DNA of 64,000 bases. It comes from Malacoraja senta (Eukaryota). The position numbers and the translations under genes are program-made. Of the stretch, positions 14,100 to 27,389 are shown piece after piece. The notes beneath the pieces are model-generated. The model ran no database searches. It worked only from the letters and a program-made list of their open reading frames with translations, and had not been told where the DNA came from. The first letter of the stretch is position 1. The number at the start of each line of letters is the position of its first letter. The stretch lies in the NCBI GenBank assembly GCA_038087875.1, contig JAXLNO010000219.1:62001-126000 (forward strand), given 5' to 3'.

Positions 14100-15303
14100 A
14101 TTGATTTTTCACAAAATATTATCATAAACCGATTGCCGAACCAGGGGTTTTGCCCATTCTGTGTTGAGTTCAGTTTTATAGCTTCCCCCTGGGACACAGG
14201 GGTTGCTATTGATTTCTTTATAAAAATAAACCGTTAATACGTTTAAATCAATGTCATGGTTTAATGCATTGTTGATTATTTACTCATTCTGAGTCAATCG
14301 ATGCAGTGAGACGCCTGGATTTGAATCTACGGCATGAAATCACAGAGCTTTGAAATCTTCACGTAGTCACTCACGTGACTCCGAAGTAAAATAGTAAGAT
14401 TAAACGAGAACTTACCAGTTTGAGGTTTGATCTCTATTTTATGGGGAGTTACGTTGGTGAGTACGTGCCCTCCACTCCCAACCCTCTCTCACAAAGGTCA
14501 TCCGGTAGTTCTAGGTTTCTGGTCTTACTATTATACTTCAATTACTGTTACCTGTGATTTCACACTGCTGCTTTGAAGATTGACGTGCATGCGGCCTGAC
14601 GGGGCCTTCTTCAAGTACTCACCAACGTAACTCCTCATAAAATAAAGATCAAACCTCAAACTGGTAAGTTCTCGTTTAATCTTACTATTATCCTTGAGAT
14701 GATTCTACAACTTGAATGAAGTCCACAAGTGGTAAATTTAATTGATTGGACATGATTTGGAAAGGCACACACTTGTCTATATAAGGTCCCACAGTTGACA
14801 GTGCATGTCAGAGCAAAAACCAAGTCATGAAGACGAAGGAATTGTCCGTTGACCTCTGAGACAGGATTGTGTGGGGAAGGGTATAAAACAATTTCTGCAG
14901 CATTGCAGGTCCCGAAGAGCACAGTGGCCTCCGTCATTCTTAAATGGAAGAACTTTGGAACCACCAGGACTCTTCATAGAGCTGGCGGCCCGGCCAAACT
15001 GAGCAATCGGGGGAGAAGGGCCTTGGTCAGGGAGGTGACCAAGAACCCGATGGTCACTCTGACAGAGCTCCTCTGTGGAAAAGGGAGAACCTTCCAGAAG
15101 GACAACTATATCTGCAGCACTCAACCAATCAGGCCTTTATGGTAGAGTGGCCTGATGGAAGCCACCTCAGTAAATGCCACTCCTCAGTAAAAGGCACATG
15201 ACAGCCCGCTTGGAGTTTGCCAAAAGGCACCTAAAGGACTCTCAGACCATGAGAAACAAGATTCTCTGGTCTGATGAAACCAAGATTGAACGCTTTGGCC
15301 TGA

Positions 15304-16055
15304 GTTGTTATCTAAATGATGTCAAGTTGGGAAAAGGGGAAGTACAACAGGATCTGGGGGGTCCTTATTCATCAGTCACTGAAAGTAAGCATGCAAGTAC
15401 AGCAGGCAGTGAAGAAAGCGAATATGGCATGTTGGCCTTCATAACAAGAGGAGTTGAGTACAGGAGCAAAGAGGTCCTCCTGCAGTTGTACAGGGCCCTA
15501 GTGAGACCACACCTGGAGTATTGTGTGCAGTTTGGGTCTCCAAACTTGAGGAAGGACATTCTTGCTATTGAGGGCGTGCAGTGTAGGTTCACAAGGTTGA
15601 TTCCCGGTATGGCGGGACTGTCATGTGTTGATAGATTGGAGCAGCTGGGCTTGTATACATTGGAATTTAGAAGGATGAGAGGGGATCTCATTGAAACATG
15701 TAAGATTATTAAGGGTTTGGACACGCGAGAGGCAGGAAACATGTTCCCAATGTTGGGGGTGTCCAGAACCACGGGCCATGGTTTAAGAATAAGTGGTAAT
15801 CCATTTAGAACGGAGATGAGGAAAAACTTTTTCACACAGAGAGTTGTGAGTCTGTGGAATTCTCTGCCTCAGAGGGCAGTGGAGGCTGGTTCTTTGGATG
15901 TTTTCAAGAGAGAGTTAGATAGAGCCCTTAGGGATAGCGGAGTTAAGGGACATGGAGAGAAGGCAGGAACGGGATACTGATTGTGGATGATCAGCCATGA
16001 TCACATTGAATGGCCGTGTTGGCTCAAAGGGCCGAAATATCCATTGTCTATTGTC
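15304..16055 (+). mobile_element. 5'-truncated CR1 LINE inserted in the Tc1 transposase
   Basis: LYRALVRPHLEYCVQF...FFTQRVVSLWNSLP...GEKAGTGY is homologous to the end of ORF2 at 45116-48208. Tc1 resumes at gtcacgtctggaggaaacc. Confidence 0.9.
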
Positions 16056-19000
16056 ACGTCTGGAGGAAACCAGGCACCGCTCATCACCTGGCCAATACAA
16101 TACCTACGGTAAAGCATGGTGGTGGCAACATCATGCTGTGGGGATGTTTTTCAGCGGCAGGAATTGGGAGATTAGTCAAGATCGAGGGAAAGATGAACGG
16201 AGCAAAGAACAGAGAGATCCTTGATGAAAACCTGCTCCAGAACGTTCTGGACCTCAGACTGGGGCGGAGGTTCACCTTCCAACAGGCCAACGACCCTAAG
16301 CACACAGCCAAGACAACGCAGGAGTTGCATCGTGACAAATCTGTGAATGTCCTTGAGTGGCCCAGTCAGAGCCCGGACTTGAACCTGATCGAACATCTCT
16401 GGAGGGACCTGAAAATAGCTGGGCATCGATGCTCCCCATCCAACCTGACAGAGCTTGAGAGGATCTGCAGAGAAGAATGGGAGAAATTACCCAAATACAA
16501 GTGTGCCAAGCTTTTAGAGTCACACCCAAAAAGACTTGAGGCTGTAATCGTTGCCAAAGGTGCCTCAACAAAGTACTGAGTAAAGGGTCTGAAACAGTCG
16601 CTTCATTACAGTCTGGTGAAACATTTTTTCCTCAGCTCCTCTCTATTAATTACTTTAAATCTCTGCCTTCCTGGTTAACAATTCCTCTGTCAAGGGAAGT
16701 AGGTCCTGCCTATACTTATTACCTGGACCTGTTATTATTACAATTTTAACTAAATGGCACTTCAGACGCCTTATCTCGAAAGAGAACAATTCCAGCTTTC
16801 CTAATCTCTTCACATTTCTAAAAGGTCAATCCTCTCCACAATATTTTATCTGTAATTAAGACCATCTCTCATTTTTCTAAACCACAGTGGGAACAGGCCA
16901 GTCTCACCCTCAATGGATAACCCACCACATTCCAGCAGGAAACAAGGTCACAAATCCTTCATGCACGACCTACAAGGTAAAATAGTTGTCTTCAATATAC
17001 CGTTTTCCAGGTGCAAAGAAAGTTTTGTTTTCATGAAGCTAAATCATTTTCATGAAGCACAAAGCACTTTAATCCTGGATGGAAAACTTTCACCCTTTCC
17101 TGTTTACAGTTAATATTGGAGATTAGAGTCTAACAACCAATTGATTATTTTATCGATAATTAAATTAGAAAGAGCATCCTCAGTGCAAGTGGCAAAATCT
17201 ATGCAGTAGAATTTCTGTAAATCCCATACTCATCAACTTTCTGAGATGCTGAGGAATACTGGCACATTCTAAGGAATTATTGGTCTGGATTTTAACCACT
17301 CCTTTAGTCCTGGCACATCTCCAAAGAGCTAAAAACAGAGGCAAAGGTCCCAAACTTATATACTACTCATGCCCACTGCAAATTCCACTGGTAGTTGGAG
17401 GAGAGTTAAGTAAAATTATAGTATCACTTGCCTACTCTGACCCGAGCTCCACCCTTCCTACACATAAACCCATTTGCTCTTTTAAATTGTGTAGAAAGGA
17501 ACTGCAGATGCTGGTTGGTACCGAAGATAGACACAAAGTGCTGGAGTAACTCAGCAGGTCCGGCAGCATCTCTGGAGAAAAAGGATGCGTGACGTTTCTG
17601 ATCGGAAGCATACTTCAGACTCTTGCGTTGGCCAGCAGCACACCCTCAGCAAGACAGTGGGGTCTTTCTTTAATGGGGAAGTTTGAACTGACAGTGTAAC
17701 CAGGATCTGGTCTGCAATATCATCCAGAAGCCCATTCAGTGGGCTGGAATACGAGTTCAATCCATTTGAATTCATCAGGTACTGTCTAGGAGCCCAGTTG
17801 TCATTCTATTTCTCAGATTTTCTTGTGTACCATGAGGGACAGGAGTGTTTCTCCAGGCCCTCACTGCACATCTTTTACCACCTGCACCTCAGCTTCTTAT
17901 CCCTACTCAAGGATTCCCTCATTCCATTTTGACTGACTTTTCTGCTGAGCATTCTCTGCAAGCCCCAGCTCCTCCTCCACTCCCATTGATATCTGGACCC
18001 GAGAGTCCACATATAACCTGTGTACAATATGCTACAAGGTCAGTCAAGAACTTTCTTGTGACAACTATAACCTTCCTGTGGTTGAAGATTGTTCTGCAAC
18101 CAATAGTATAAAGAGGGAAATCCTACAAGATACACCGAAGTGGCTGATTGGGATGTGATAGATGAATGAGTGAGTGGAAAAAACACCCTCTTTATCTTCG
18201 ATGTCAATTCCATTGAAACTACTTTGCTCTGCTGGCTACTTGGTTGATCATATCTGGAAGACCTTTGCAGATAAATCTAAGATCATCTTCTTCTCAACAG
18301 TGTATTTGAAGATGATATAACAGAGGACAAAGTACATGGAGAGTTCATCATTGGAACTGATGCATTACTAAGCTTTAAAACAGTGGGTAATAGATGATTG
18401 TGAGGAATGATAAACAGGTTAGTAAAACAAATCAAACAAGATGGGGGTTGAAATCAAAATGAATGGAACAATTTTTTTCCATTAACTGTAATAGATTCCA
18501 TTTCAGTACTTGTTCTTACCTTAAAATAAAGCTGGTTCGTCCATATGCAATCCAACATCTTAGGAAGTGCAAGATTGCGTTATTTAATTAAAGTTCTTGT
18601 AGTGTGAATGGATTTTCCTTTTTTTTACTGATATTCTGGCATAATTCTGCTCCTGTGACCTGTGGACTATGATTTACTTTTAATGATTGTGCCCTGTGAG
18701 CGGATCTGCACTTGCTCAGGATACCAAGTTAATAGTGAACACATGCCTAAAATTACTTTGTCTCCATGTATTATATAAACACAAACCATTCATTATCTGC
18801 TGAAAAGTGTGTGGAATAGGAAGGTTGGTTTTCTCTATTTGGTTCACGGGGTGACTATCGTTTCACCCATGTGTTTTACTGTTTATTTTTTTCTGCGTTT
18901 TTTTTATCATTGCTCAATTATCTGGAGTGAGGAAGTTGGATCTTAAAGCCTAGTATCTCACAAACAAATAGATAACCATATAGATAACCATGGATTTATA

Positions 19001-19184
19001 GGTAATAAAAACAGAAAATCCCATAAATATTCAGGACAAGGGCTCAAGTTTATGATCTTTCACATCCCGTTCAGAATATGCTATTCAGCCAATGAATTAA
19101 TTTTAATATGCAGTTACAGTTGTAAAAGCCAATTAGCAATGCCGTAACAACCAGACAATTTGAGTTTGCAGTGTCAATTAAGTG

Positions 19185-19380
19185 AGCCGTCATGGTGGCG
19201 CAGCGGTAGAGTTGCTGCCTTACAGCAAAATGCAGCGCCAGAGACCCGGGTGCTGTCGGTATGGAGTTTGTACGTTCTCCCCGTGATCTGCGTGGGTTTT
19301 CTCCGAGATCTTCGGTTTCCTCCCACACTCCAAAGACGTATATGTTTGTAGATTAATTGGCTTGATTAATTGGCTTGATA
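19185..19380 (+). mobile_element. V-SINE (HE1-like), 3'-truncated
   Basis: tRNA-like head followed by the V-domain gttctccccgtga..gcgtgggttttctccg..ggtttcctcccacactccaaagac. Confidence 0.75.
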
Positions 19381-20879
19381 AAATGTTGTTTTTTAATTCT
19401 CCAGTGCTGAGTGATGCTCTACCTAGAGCTTTTCAGTGTACTACATCCAGATCCAGATCACTCAGCCTGGATAACTGGAATATTCACCATCACCAATCAT
19501 CTCTCAACTACACCCTCACTGTCCTGTTCTGCTTTCGAGCAGTGACAGGAATGTTCTTATATTTGGATGGGCTTCTGTTTCTTACTGTAATATAAAGGCT
19601 GCACCTTCAGCAGGGCAACAAGTTTGCAACATTACACTTTAACTATCAGTCTAGAAAGTGCTCTAAAAGCCATGGAAAAAAGTAAAGCCAAGAATTGGGG
19701 CCTTCGGGGATGTTGAAAGGGGGCCTTGAGATAGTTCTAGATATACTGGCACAACATTATAGCGCATCTCCTACCATTATTTTAGTTGGTATGTCAATGC
19801 TATAGTCCAAGCAGTCATTCTATCTGGTTGGATGATTAGTAGGAAACATAAAAGTGCAAAGTGTTGGTTAATTATCTCCTGTCAGTCACCAATTAAGTTC
19901 TTTCGCTGGAAAGTATAACAAAGCTACCTTGCCATACATAATGGGGATAATGTGCATTTAGAAAAATATATGTAGCTATAAATATGTATAACACAAAATC
20001 AATTGTGTTTGGAAAAACAAACAGGGCCAGCTTCATTTTGCAGAAAAAATTAAGACGAGTAATTAAAATTACGATTATAATGGTGAAATTCTTATTGGAT
20101 GATGGATAAACCAGGGAAAAGTGAATTTGTAGCTTAGTTCACTATGTGTATAGTGTTTTCTCCACTTGGATAAGAATCTGGAGACAAAGCATATGATGGA
20201 CAGATATTCATTATTAACCACTTGGCATTACCATCACGGGGCAAGTTTCAAACTGAGATATTTAGTGCATAGTACCAACAAACCAGACAGATTTAAAAGG
20301 GAAATGCACAATTCATACAAAATTAACAGATGCCACTTGGTAGCCAATGTAATACAATGACCAATTTTCACTTCTGTGAAGTGAAAAGGATAAAATTATC
20401 ACAGCAGAGCATAAAAATCTATCTAGTGACATGCTATTTTACTATATGACCCATGTCAAAATTATACCTCACTATGATTGTGAATTTCTATAGATTAACA
20501 ATACCATATTTGATTATAAACTGAGTAACGTTGCAAAGTTTTTGTATAAAAATTATTCAGGACATAATATATGCTAATAAGACTTAAAGGAATGATATCC
20601 AAGCTATTGTAGAACAGGAGAGTGCAAACACCGGTCATCAGTCACAGTCCCTTAATGGTGTTGTCACATATATTTCAAGAGGATTACAAAGCCAGAGGAA
20701 GACAAATTGGAAGGGTGGGGGCTGTAGGAAAGAAATGGATGCATGTTCAGATGGGTTGCTGAAATGACAGTTGGCTTATTTTACACTAGGCTGTGCAAAA
20801 AATTGCCTGGGAGGTTGACTGAAACTGAAATAAAGTCTTCAATTTATGCCCAAGCATGATCTACAAAATGTATTCTACC

Positions 20880-21140
20880 CTTATTTAACCTTTTATCTTT
20901 AGCTCTCTGGTCTTTGTCCAACCATCTGCCTATCAAAAACCCCTCTCACCCGTATCCACCTATAACTCGTCAGTCATTTTCCTGCTCCTGCTCTCCAACT
21001 GGCTCACAACTCCCCACCTCCTCACCGCAATCAGTCTGAAGAAAGGTCCTGACCCATAGTATTATTTCTCCATGTTCTCCAGAGATGCAGCCTTTCCCAC
21101 AGAGTTACAGCTTTCAATGTAAACCAGCATCCTTGTTTAT
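20880..21140 (+). mobile_element. Penelope-like element terminal remnant
   Basis: Reverse-complement similarity to 61820-62060, including cagtctgaagaaaggtcctgaccc. Confidence 0.55.
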
Positions 21141-22559
21141 CCTTTACTGATGTATAATGCTTTTTATTTGTTATTTCTCCCGTTTTGGGGAATATGATAA
21201 CTAGGAACAGTAGTAATAATGAGGAACGGCCCAGCAACAAAGTCAAAATAGCCCCAATCTGTTGGACATACAGATGGAATGAGAATATACCCAAGAAAGG
21301 ACAGGCCCTAATAAAGCTCCTTTCATTGCCTCAGGATATCCAAAACTGCTTTACTACCTATCAAATTATTAGCTATTTATTGTGGTTCAGATGGCAGTAC
21401 TTTTGCCTCAGTGCGAGGAGATTATAGGCTCCGATGTTACTCCACAGTCTTGAGCAGAAACATTTTTATTGATACTTTTGTATGATACAGAATTAATGCT
21501 GCACCATTTAGGTGCAAAAACTTTAATCAGATTTGGCGTTAAGACCATGTTCCCTCAATCCATAGTCTCAGAAGATGACAAAATATCTGAAAGCTCTATT
21601 CTGTAGAAAAGTAGAAGAATTTACTCTGGCCCATATTCATCCCTCAATTAACATCAATGAAACAACCTATTATCACTGCTGATGACAGCTACTTTTAATT
21701 GGCTACTGTGCTTCCTACAATAAAACAGTAACTAGACTTTGCAGGCTGGAAAATGCTTTGAGATGACCCGAGGTCGGTACGGTGGAAATACAAATACTTC
21801 TTTCTTTGAAAAGCTGTCACTGTTGTAATGTAAGAAACATGGCAAGTAACAGACCTCCAGAAATGGTATTGCAATAATGATTAGATGATTAGGGTTTCTT
21901 AAGTAATGTCAGTACATGGACAAGGATCATGTAAAAGAAAACACCCTTTCTCAGTTGACAGCATGCCCGTGGTTACATGTTCTCAAGTTTCCTGTTGTAA
22001 AGAATGAAGAGGAAATTCTTACCCAAAGGAAATTCTTATTCTGAGGAAATTCTTACCCAAAGCATGGAAGGCTCAACTAATGGAGTTTTTGTGTGAATGG
22101 ATGCGGGGTGAAGAATACCTTGGAGCGATGACAAGCAGTTTGAAGGTCTGAAGGCAATACATCTAAGACATGCTAACTATATAGAAATTATTACCAAAGC
22201 ATAATTTTATGGATGCTGGAAATGTCAGGGCTAGAAATTATTCCCGCTGAGCATATTCTGTTTTTAGGTTTAGAATTAATATCCTTGAAATAATAGAAGA
22301 GAATATCTTCATTTGATAATGAACATCCTTGTTCATATTGACAGGGGAATGTTTCCTGCTGTGAAATAGATTATAAAAAGCATCCCGTTAATGGAAATGT
22401 TCTGTAATGGAGAGTGGTCCGTCCCACGCACAGGCTACCTGCTCCTATAATGCTGACATCAACACTTCAGGCCCAGTGTACACTTGCTTATCTAAACTCA
22501 ATGTAGACTCTCATTGATGAACCACTGCAGGCTGTTTAGCTTCCTGCATAAAGGGATCT

Positions 22560-24900
22560 AATGGTTCTCTGGAGAGGAATTCCTGTGCGATTACATCCTG
22601 GGCCCAGCATATGGATGTTATCATGAAGAAGGTGCACCTGTGCCTTTACTTTCTCAGAAGTTTAAAGAGATTTGTATGACACAGAATACTTTAACAAACT
22701 TCTCCAGCTACCCTGTAGAAAGTATCCTGCTTGGATGCATCAGGGCCTGGTACTACAGTACCAATGCACAGGAATACAAGAGGTTGCAGAGTGTGATGGA
22801 TCAACCACTTGGCACGGTGGTACAGCGGTAGAGTTGGTGCTTTACAGCGCCAGAGACCTGGGTTCAGTGATGGAAATGGGGGGGGGGGGGTACGCAGGGG
22901 GACGGCGTTCCCCTACTTTTCAGTTTCCAATTCAAGTCCAATTTCTGTACAAGAAGGGAGTCAGAGTTGTTAAATCTGGATTTTTTTTTAAATGACCATG
23001 GATAATCGTTACAACGAGTCACCGCTGCGTCGGCCATGAGATGAAAACGATTTGTTAACTACCACTGTTAGCACTTGTTAACAGCCAGTAGTTAACACGT
23101 AGTTATACAATGTTTCATCAATGCATCGATCCACATTCCTCAGTAAATGTAATTATGTTTTGACCATGTATTAATGACACTGCATTCCTTTGAATAAAAT
23201 TCATGGGGGAATTTAATAAACTCACTGTCCTTGCTCTGGCCAGCGACAACGGGCTTCTTCTGGTGTGCAGGTAGTCACGTTATTTTATTATTCCACGTTA
23301 TTTTATTATTCTCTCGCTCTCTCTCCCTCTTGCCCTTGTCCTCGCCCTCTCTCCCTCTCTCCTTCACTCCCTCTCTCCCTCTCTCACTGTGTCTCTCTGT
23401 CTTTCGCTGGAGTTACTCAGCGGGTCAGGCAGCATCTCTGGAGAGAAGGAATAGGTGACGTTTTTGGTCGAGACCCTTCTTCGGACCCTCCATAGATTCA
23501 GCCTGACCTGCTGAGTTCTCCAGTACTTTATGTTTTGCTCTTAAAATAAATCCGTGGTCCGCTAAAGAAACAACACGATAGACCACTCTGGAAGTGCCAG
23601 TTTTGCTGTACACTTCATACTGTAGAACATATTATAATACACCCTGAGTGATTTAATGGGGTTAGATTTTTTAAAATCTGTTGTCTAGAATTAAATTCCG
23701 ATTTTTTTGTTTTCCTATTTGTCAATTTTTTGTGCCCGTCTATTTGGCGGCCAATCAACCGCTGTCTCTAAGGGGGTTGCGTCCAATCACCGACGAGCTT
23801 CCCTTAAAATTCCCGTCCAATCAACAAATCGGTCTCCTCCCGTCCAATCAGCCGCTGTCTCCAAGGGCATTACTTTTTCTATTATCTGCCCCCAATAAGA
23901 AACTGTATTTTCAGATTAAATGTTTCAGTTAAATTAGAATAGATGGGGAGAAAATTAAATAAGTAGTACCAATAGTTTTTTCCAGCCTAAATCGTGAGTG
24001 GTGAATATTTTATTGTGGGCGGTTTTATTTAGCAAAACAATAGTGCAAACGTAAATATTTAATTATATATATTATATATCACTATCAAATTTTATTATAT
24101 ATCACTATCAAATTTTATTATATATCACTATCAAATCACTGTCAAATATCTATAAATTTCAGATTTGTGTACCCCTGTGAAAATGAGCATACTGAGATAC
24201 ATTAGAAGACAGCGGAACATGCAGAAAGAAAGAGGTGACAGAAAACAAATGGATATTATATACCATTATGAAACATTTTGTAATGTAAACAGAGAGAGAG
24301 AGAGATGCAAAAAGCAGCTATGACATATAATACACAATAAACTATATTATAAATACACAATAAACAAGTTATGCATTCTTATACTTTTACATGGGTATGA
24401 CCGCACATTAAACCCCTCCCCCCCTTCCTTCCCAACCTCAGCCTCACGGACCTTAGAGTACCCCTAGTTCCTAAACCCATTTCCATCACTGCCCGGGTTT
24501 GATCCTGACTACAGGTGCTGTCTGTACAATGTTTGTATGTTCTCCCTGTGACCTCCATGGGTTTTCTCCAGGATCTCCAGTTTCCTCACACACTCCAAAG
24601 ATGCATAGGTCTGTACATTAATTGGCTTGGTATAATAGTAAATTGTCCCTAGTGTGTGTAGGATAGTGTTAGTGTGCAGGGATCACTAGTCGTCACGGAG
24701 TCAGTGAATCAAAGGGACGTTTCCGTGCTGTATCTCTAAACTAAGCGAAACTAAACAAAATAATCTATCATGGGCACAGGCCTTCCCACTATTGAAAGCA
24801 TCTACATGAGGCGCAGCCTCAAGACAGTGGCATCCATCATCACTGATCCCCACTGTCTGGCCCATGCCCTCTTTTTCATTGTTACCGTCAGGCAGGAGGT
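22560..24900 (+). mobile_element. Rex1/L2-like LINE fragment (22560-22808 and 24763-24900) hosting a V-SINE (22811-22864 and 24492-24760)
   Basis: Peptide remnant VESILLGCIRAWY..TNAQEYKRLQSV continues after the SINE tail as ..LPTIESIY..LLPSGRR. The SINE head and V-domain join across the hAT insert. Confidence 0.7.
22865..24491. mobile_element. Non-autonomous hAT DNA transposon
   Basis: Perfect 16-bp TIRs CAGTGATGGAAATGGG / CCCATTTCCATCACTG. 8-bp TSD cctgggtt (22857-64) / cccgggtt (24492-99). No transposase ORF. Confidence 0.88.
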
Positions 24901-25789
24901 AAAACAGAGAACCGTACAACAGGAACAAGCCCTATAGCCAGCGATGTCCATGTCAGACTTAATGCCTACTTAACCTGTGAGGGAGTGACCAGAATTGCAC
25001 ACAATAAAGCAGTGGTACTACATTGGAGTTCCATCTAGATTTTTGTGTTTAAATCTCCGAGACAAATTGCCACCGTTCTGACTCGGAGACAAGAGGATAT
25101 TACTCATTAAGCCAAGACTGATACCCTGCACACACGGAATAATTGCTGCCGGTGCATCCTGATGCATAGTTACAAGTTCATTCCAGTACAACTTGTTTAC
25201 AGGCTTATTGTCAGATCTGTCTTTCAATTGTTTATTTTCAGATGTGGGTGTAGGAAGTGGGGGAGCTTGGTCCTTTTTAGATTGTAAGTAAATTTACTGA
25301 AACTTTTTAATTAATCTCGTAGGAGTGGGTTAAAATGAATCGCCTGGCCTGGCTGAACTGCACATGGACAACTAAATTAAGGGTAATGACTTGTAACCTA
25401 CCTCAAAGATTCCTGCAGTTTTGCTAAGGCACAGTAGGCCAAATCATCCCACACATGAGACATGAAGTGCTGTTAAAACATTGACTGACACCATTGGAGA
25501 GTGTTTATGGTAAAGGTAGATTCAGACATCTGGTAGATTCAGTGGGAAACTAATGGAGCCTCTCCACTTCATGTCCAACTCAGCACAAAGTTGAATGGAG
25601 CTGAAGATTTTGTCCTATCTGGTTCAGCATTCTGATTCTCTCAGTTTCCCACCAGGACAGGGGAGGTTGAAACACCAACAGTGACGCAGAATAAATAGCA
25701 TTTTGAAAGAGACTCATGATGCTGCTAAACCCTTGGACAAACGTATACTGTATTATCAGCCAGCCCATTGTTTTCAAGAATGATTGGTG

Positions 25790-26796
25790 GTTGCCACTGA
25801 GAAGTGATCCAAAGCTGGTGGGGTGGGGTGGTGTGGGGGGTGGTGTGTGGAGTTGTAGTGTGGGGGTTGGGGTGGTATGGGGGGGTGGAGTGGTGGGGGG
25901 GTTGGGGTGGTGTGGGGGGGCGGAGTGGTGTGGGGGGAGTGGTGTGGGGGGGTGGTGTGGGGGCGGTGGTGTGGGGGAGGGGTGGTGTGGGAGGTGGGAT
26001 GGTGTGGGGGAGGTGGGTGGTGTTTCGGGGAGGGGGAGGAACGGGGAGGAGTAAAGGGGGTGTGGGTGTGGGGAGGGGGGAAAGGGTGAAGGTGTTGTGT
26101 GTGGGGAGGAGGGGGGGAAGGGGGTGTGTGGGGGGGAGGGGGGGAAGGGTGTGTGTGAGGGGGAGGGGGCAGGGGGTGTGTGGGGGGGAAGGGGGTGTGT
26201 GGGGGGAGGAACTCCACTCAGTGGCCACCGGCCGTGGCACCACACAGTGACTTTCCCGACACCACACAGCACCTCCCGACCACACCACGACTTTCCTAAC
26301 TTGACACAGCGGTTTACCCAACACCACACAGTGACTTTCCCGACACCACACAGCACCTTCCGACCAAACAGCGACTTTCCCGACTCCACACAGTGGCTTA
26401 CCCGACACCACACAGCAACATTCCCGACACCACACAGCGTAATTCACGACACCACACAGCAACTTTCCTGACTCCACTCTTGCGGTCTCAATCAGCACTT
26501 GTTTTCTCAGACCCGCCTCTAGGGATTTATTCTTCAGCGGGTGCCGGAAGGGGCGTTACCTTCATGGTGACTGACAGGCAAGAAGACCAATTTGCTGATC
26601 TCACGATTTTTAAACCTTCATAACTTTTGTAATCTTACACCAATTGGAACAAAACTTGGTGCGCTTGGAGGAGAGGAGAACGGTGAGTAAGGTGGCGAAA
26701 AAATCCTAGCGATAAAGGGGACCGTTTTTGCACAAATTTAAAAAAAAGCAAACTGGAAGTGGTCAAGATGAGAGTTTTAGTAATAGTATAGATAGA
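25790..26796 (-). mobile_element. Possible Helitron-like element (5' end) with G-rich low-complexity block and ~20-bp tandem repeats
   Basis: Minus strand begins a|TCTATCTATACTATTACTAAAA, a Helitron-like 5'-TC end. CACCACACAG-based repeats at 26238-26478. No 3' hairpin-CTAG found. Confidence 0.4.
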
Positions 26797-27389
26797 TCGG
26801 ATCGCAGGCACTTCATCGTCATTTTATTCAACAAGAATTCACTGAGCCACATCAGAGGATTTTAGAATAGATTGGCAATTACTGGGTCAAGGTGGTAGGT
26901 TTTCAGGAGCGTAAGAAAGGTGATAAAACATAGGGAGTGATTCCCAGAGCGACGGACCAAGCCTGCTAAAGGCTCACCCATTGATGGTGAAGAATGACAT
27001 TTGGGAATCAAGAAATAGATCATGCATCTGTTTTTTTTAAACATGTGCCTTGTGCGACTACATAAAACACTTCTGTTAATGATTTTTTCCTATGCCTGGG
27101 AGCTTAGACTTACCTGTCAGGTCACACGGCTTATGAGTACAGATTCACTATCTGGCTTTATCAGTGCATGCTGACAATGTGTGGCAAAGAAAGCAAAAAG
27201 AAAATCCACTCAGAATTCTTATTGTTACCAGGTTGGTGTTGCCTGATAGAACCATGTCATTGCAAACAAGATGAGGGGAAAGATCATATTTGTTACAAAC
27301 CTCTCTAAACATCAAAACCCCAACATTTCCATCCTTGGTAAAAAGGTTCTGACTGTCTATTCGATCTATATCTCTCAAAATTCTATATA

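Larger units (their letters stand above)
10705..14689 (+). mobile_element. DIRS1-type tyrosine-recombinase retrotransposon, termini complete, internally deleted and frameshifted
   Basis: Left end ttttacttcggagtcacgtgagtgactacgtgaagaagaccccgtcaggccgcatgc; inverted partner at 14587-14613; ICR 14356-14464 complementary to both ends. Remnants of gag, RT (YLDDILI), RNase H, methylase-like and YR domains. Confidence 0.93.
10442..16593 (+). mobile_element. Tc1 IR/DR DNA transposon, decayed, interrupted by DIRS and CR1 insertions
   Basis: Left IR agtgcattcagaaagtattcagacccct with inner DR at ~10640. Transposase pieces from ATG 14828: GEGYKTIS..VPKSTV, GGPAKL, WSDETK, KHGGG..MLWGCF, QQANDPKH, WPSQSPDLNLIE; stop at 16579. 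Right IR reduced to aagggtctgaa. Confidence 0.9.

Noticed and set aside
15174..15980. 268-aa ORF fusing Tc1 transposase to CR1 RT C-terminus
   Set aside because: By-product of the CR1 insertion; the middle part is out of the CR1 frame and neither catalytic domain is complete.
19185..19260. tRNA-like sequence (also at 6023, 22811, 27640, 59340)
   Set aside because: SINE heads that continue into V or Deu domains; no complete cloverleaf.
25580..26498. Long Pro/His- or Gly-rich ORFs on both strands
   Set aside because: Stop-free because of low-complexity G/C runs; no splice signals or domain.
27110..27180. Strong minus-strand donor (CAG|gtaagt) as a possible extra copine exon
   Set aside because: Upstream sequence has no copine similarity, and the flanking exons are already contiguous in the protein.
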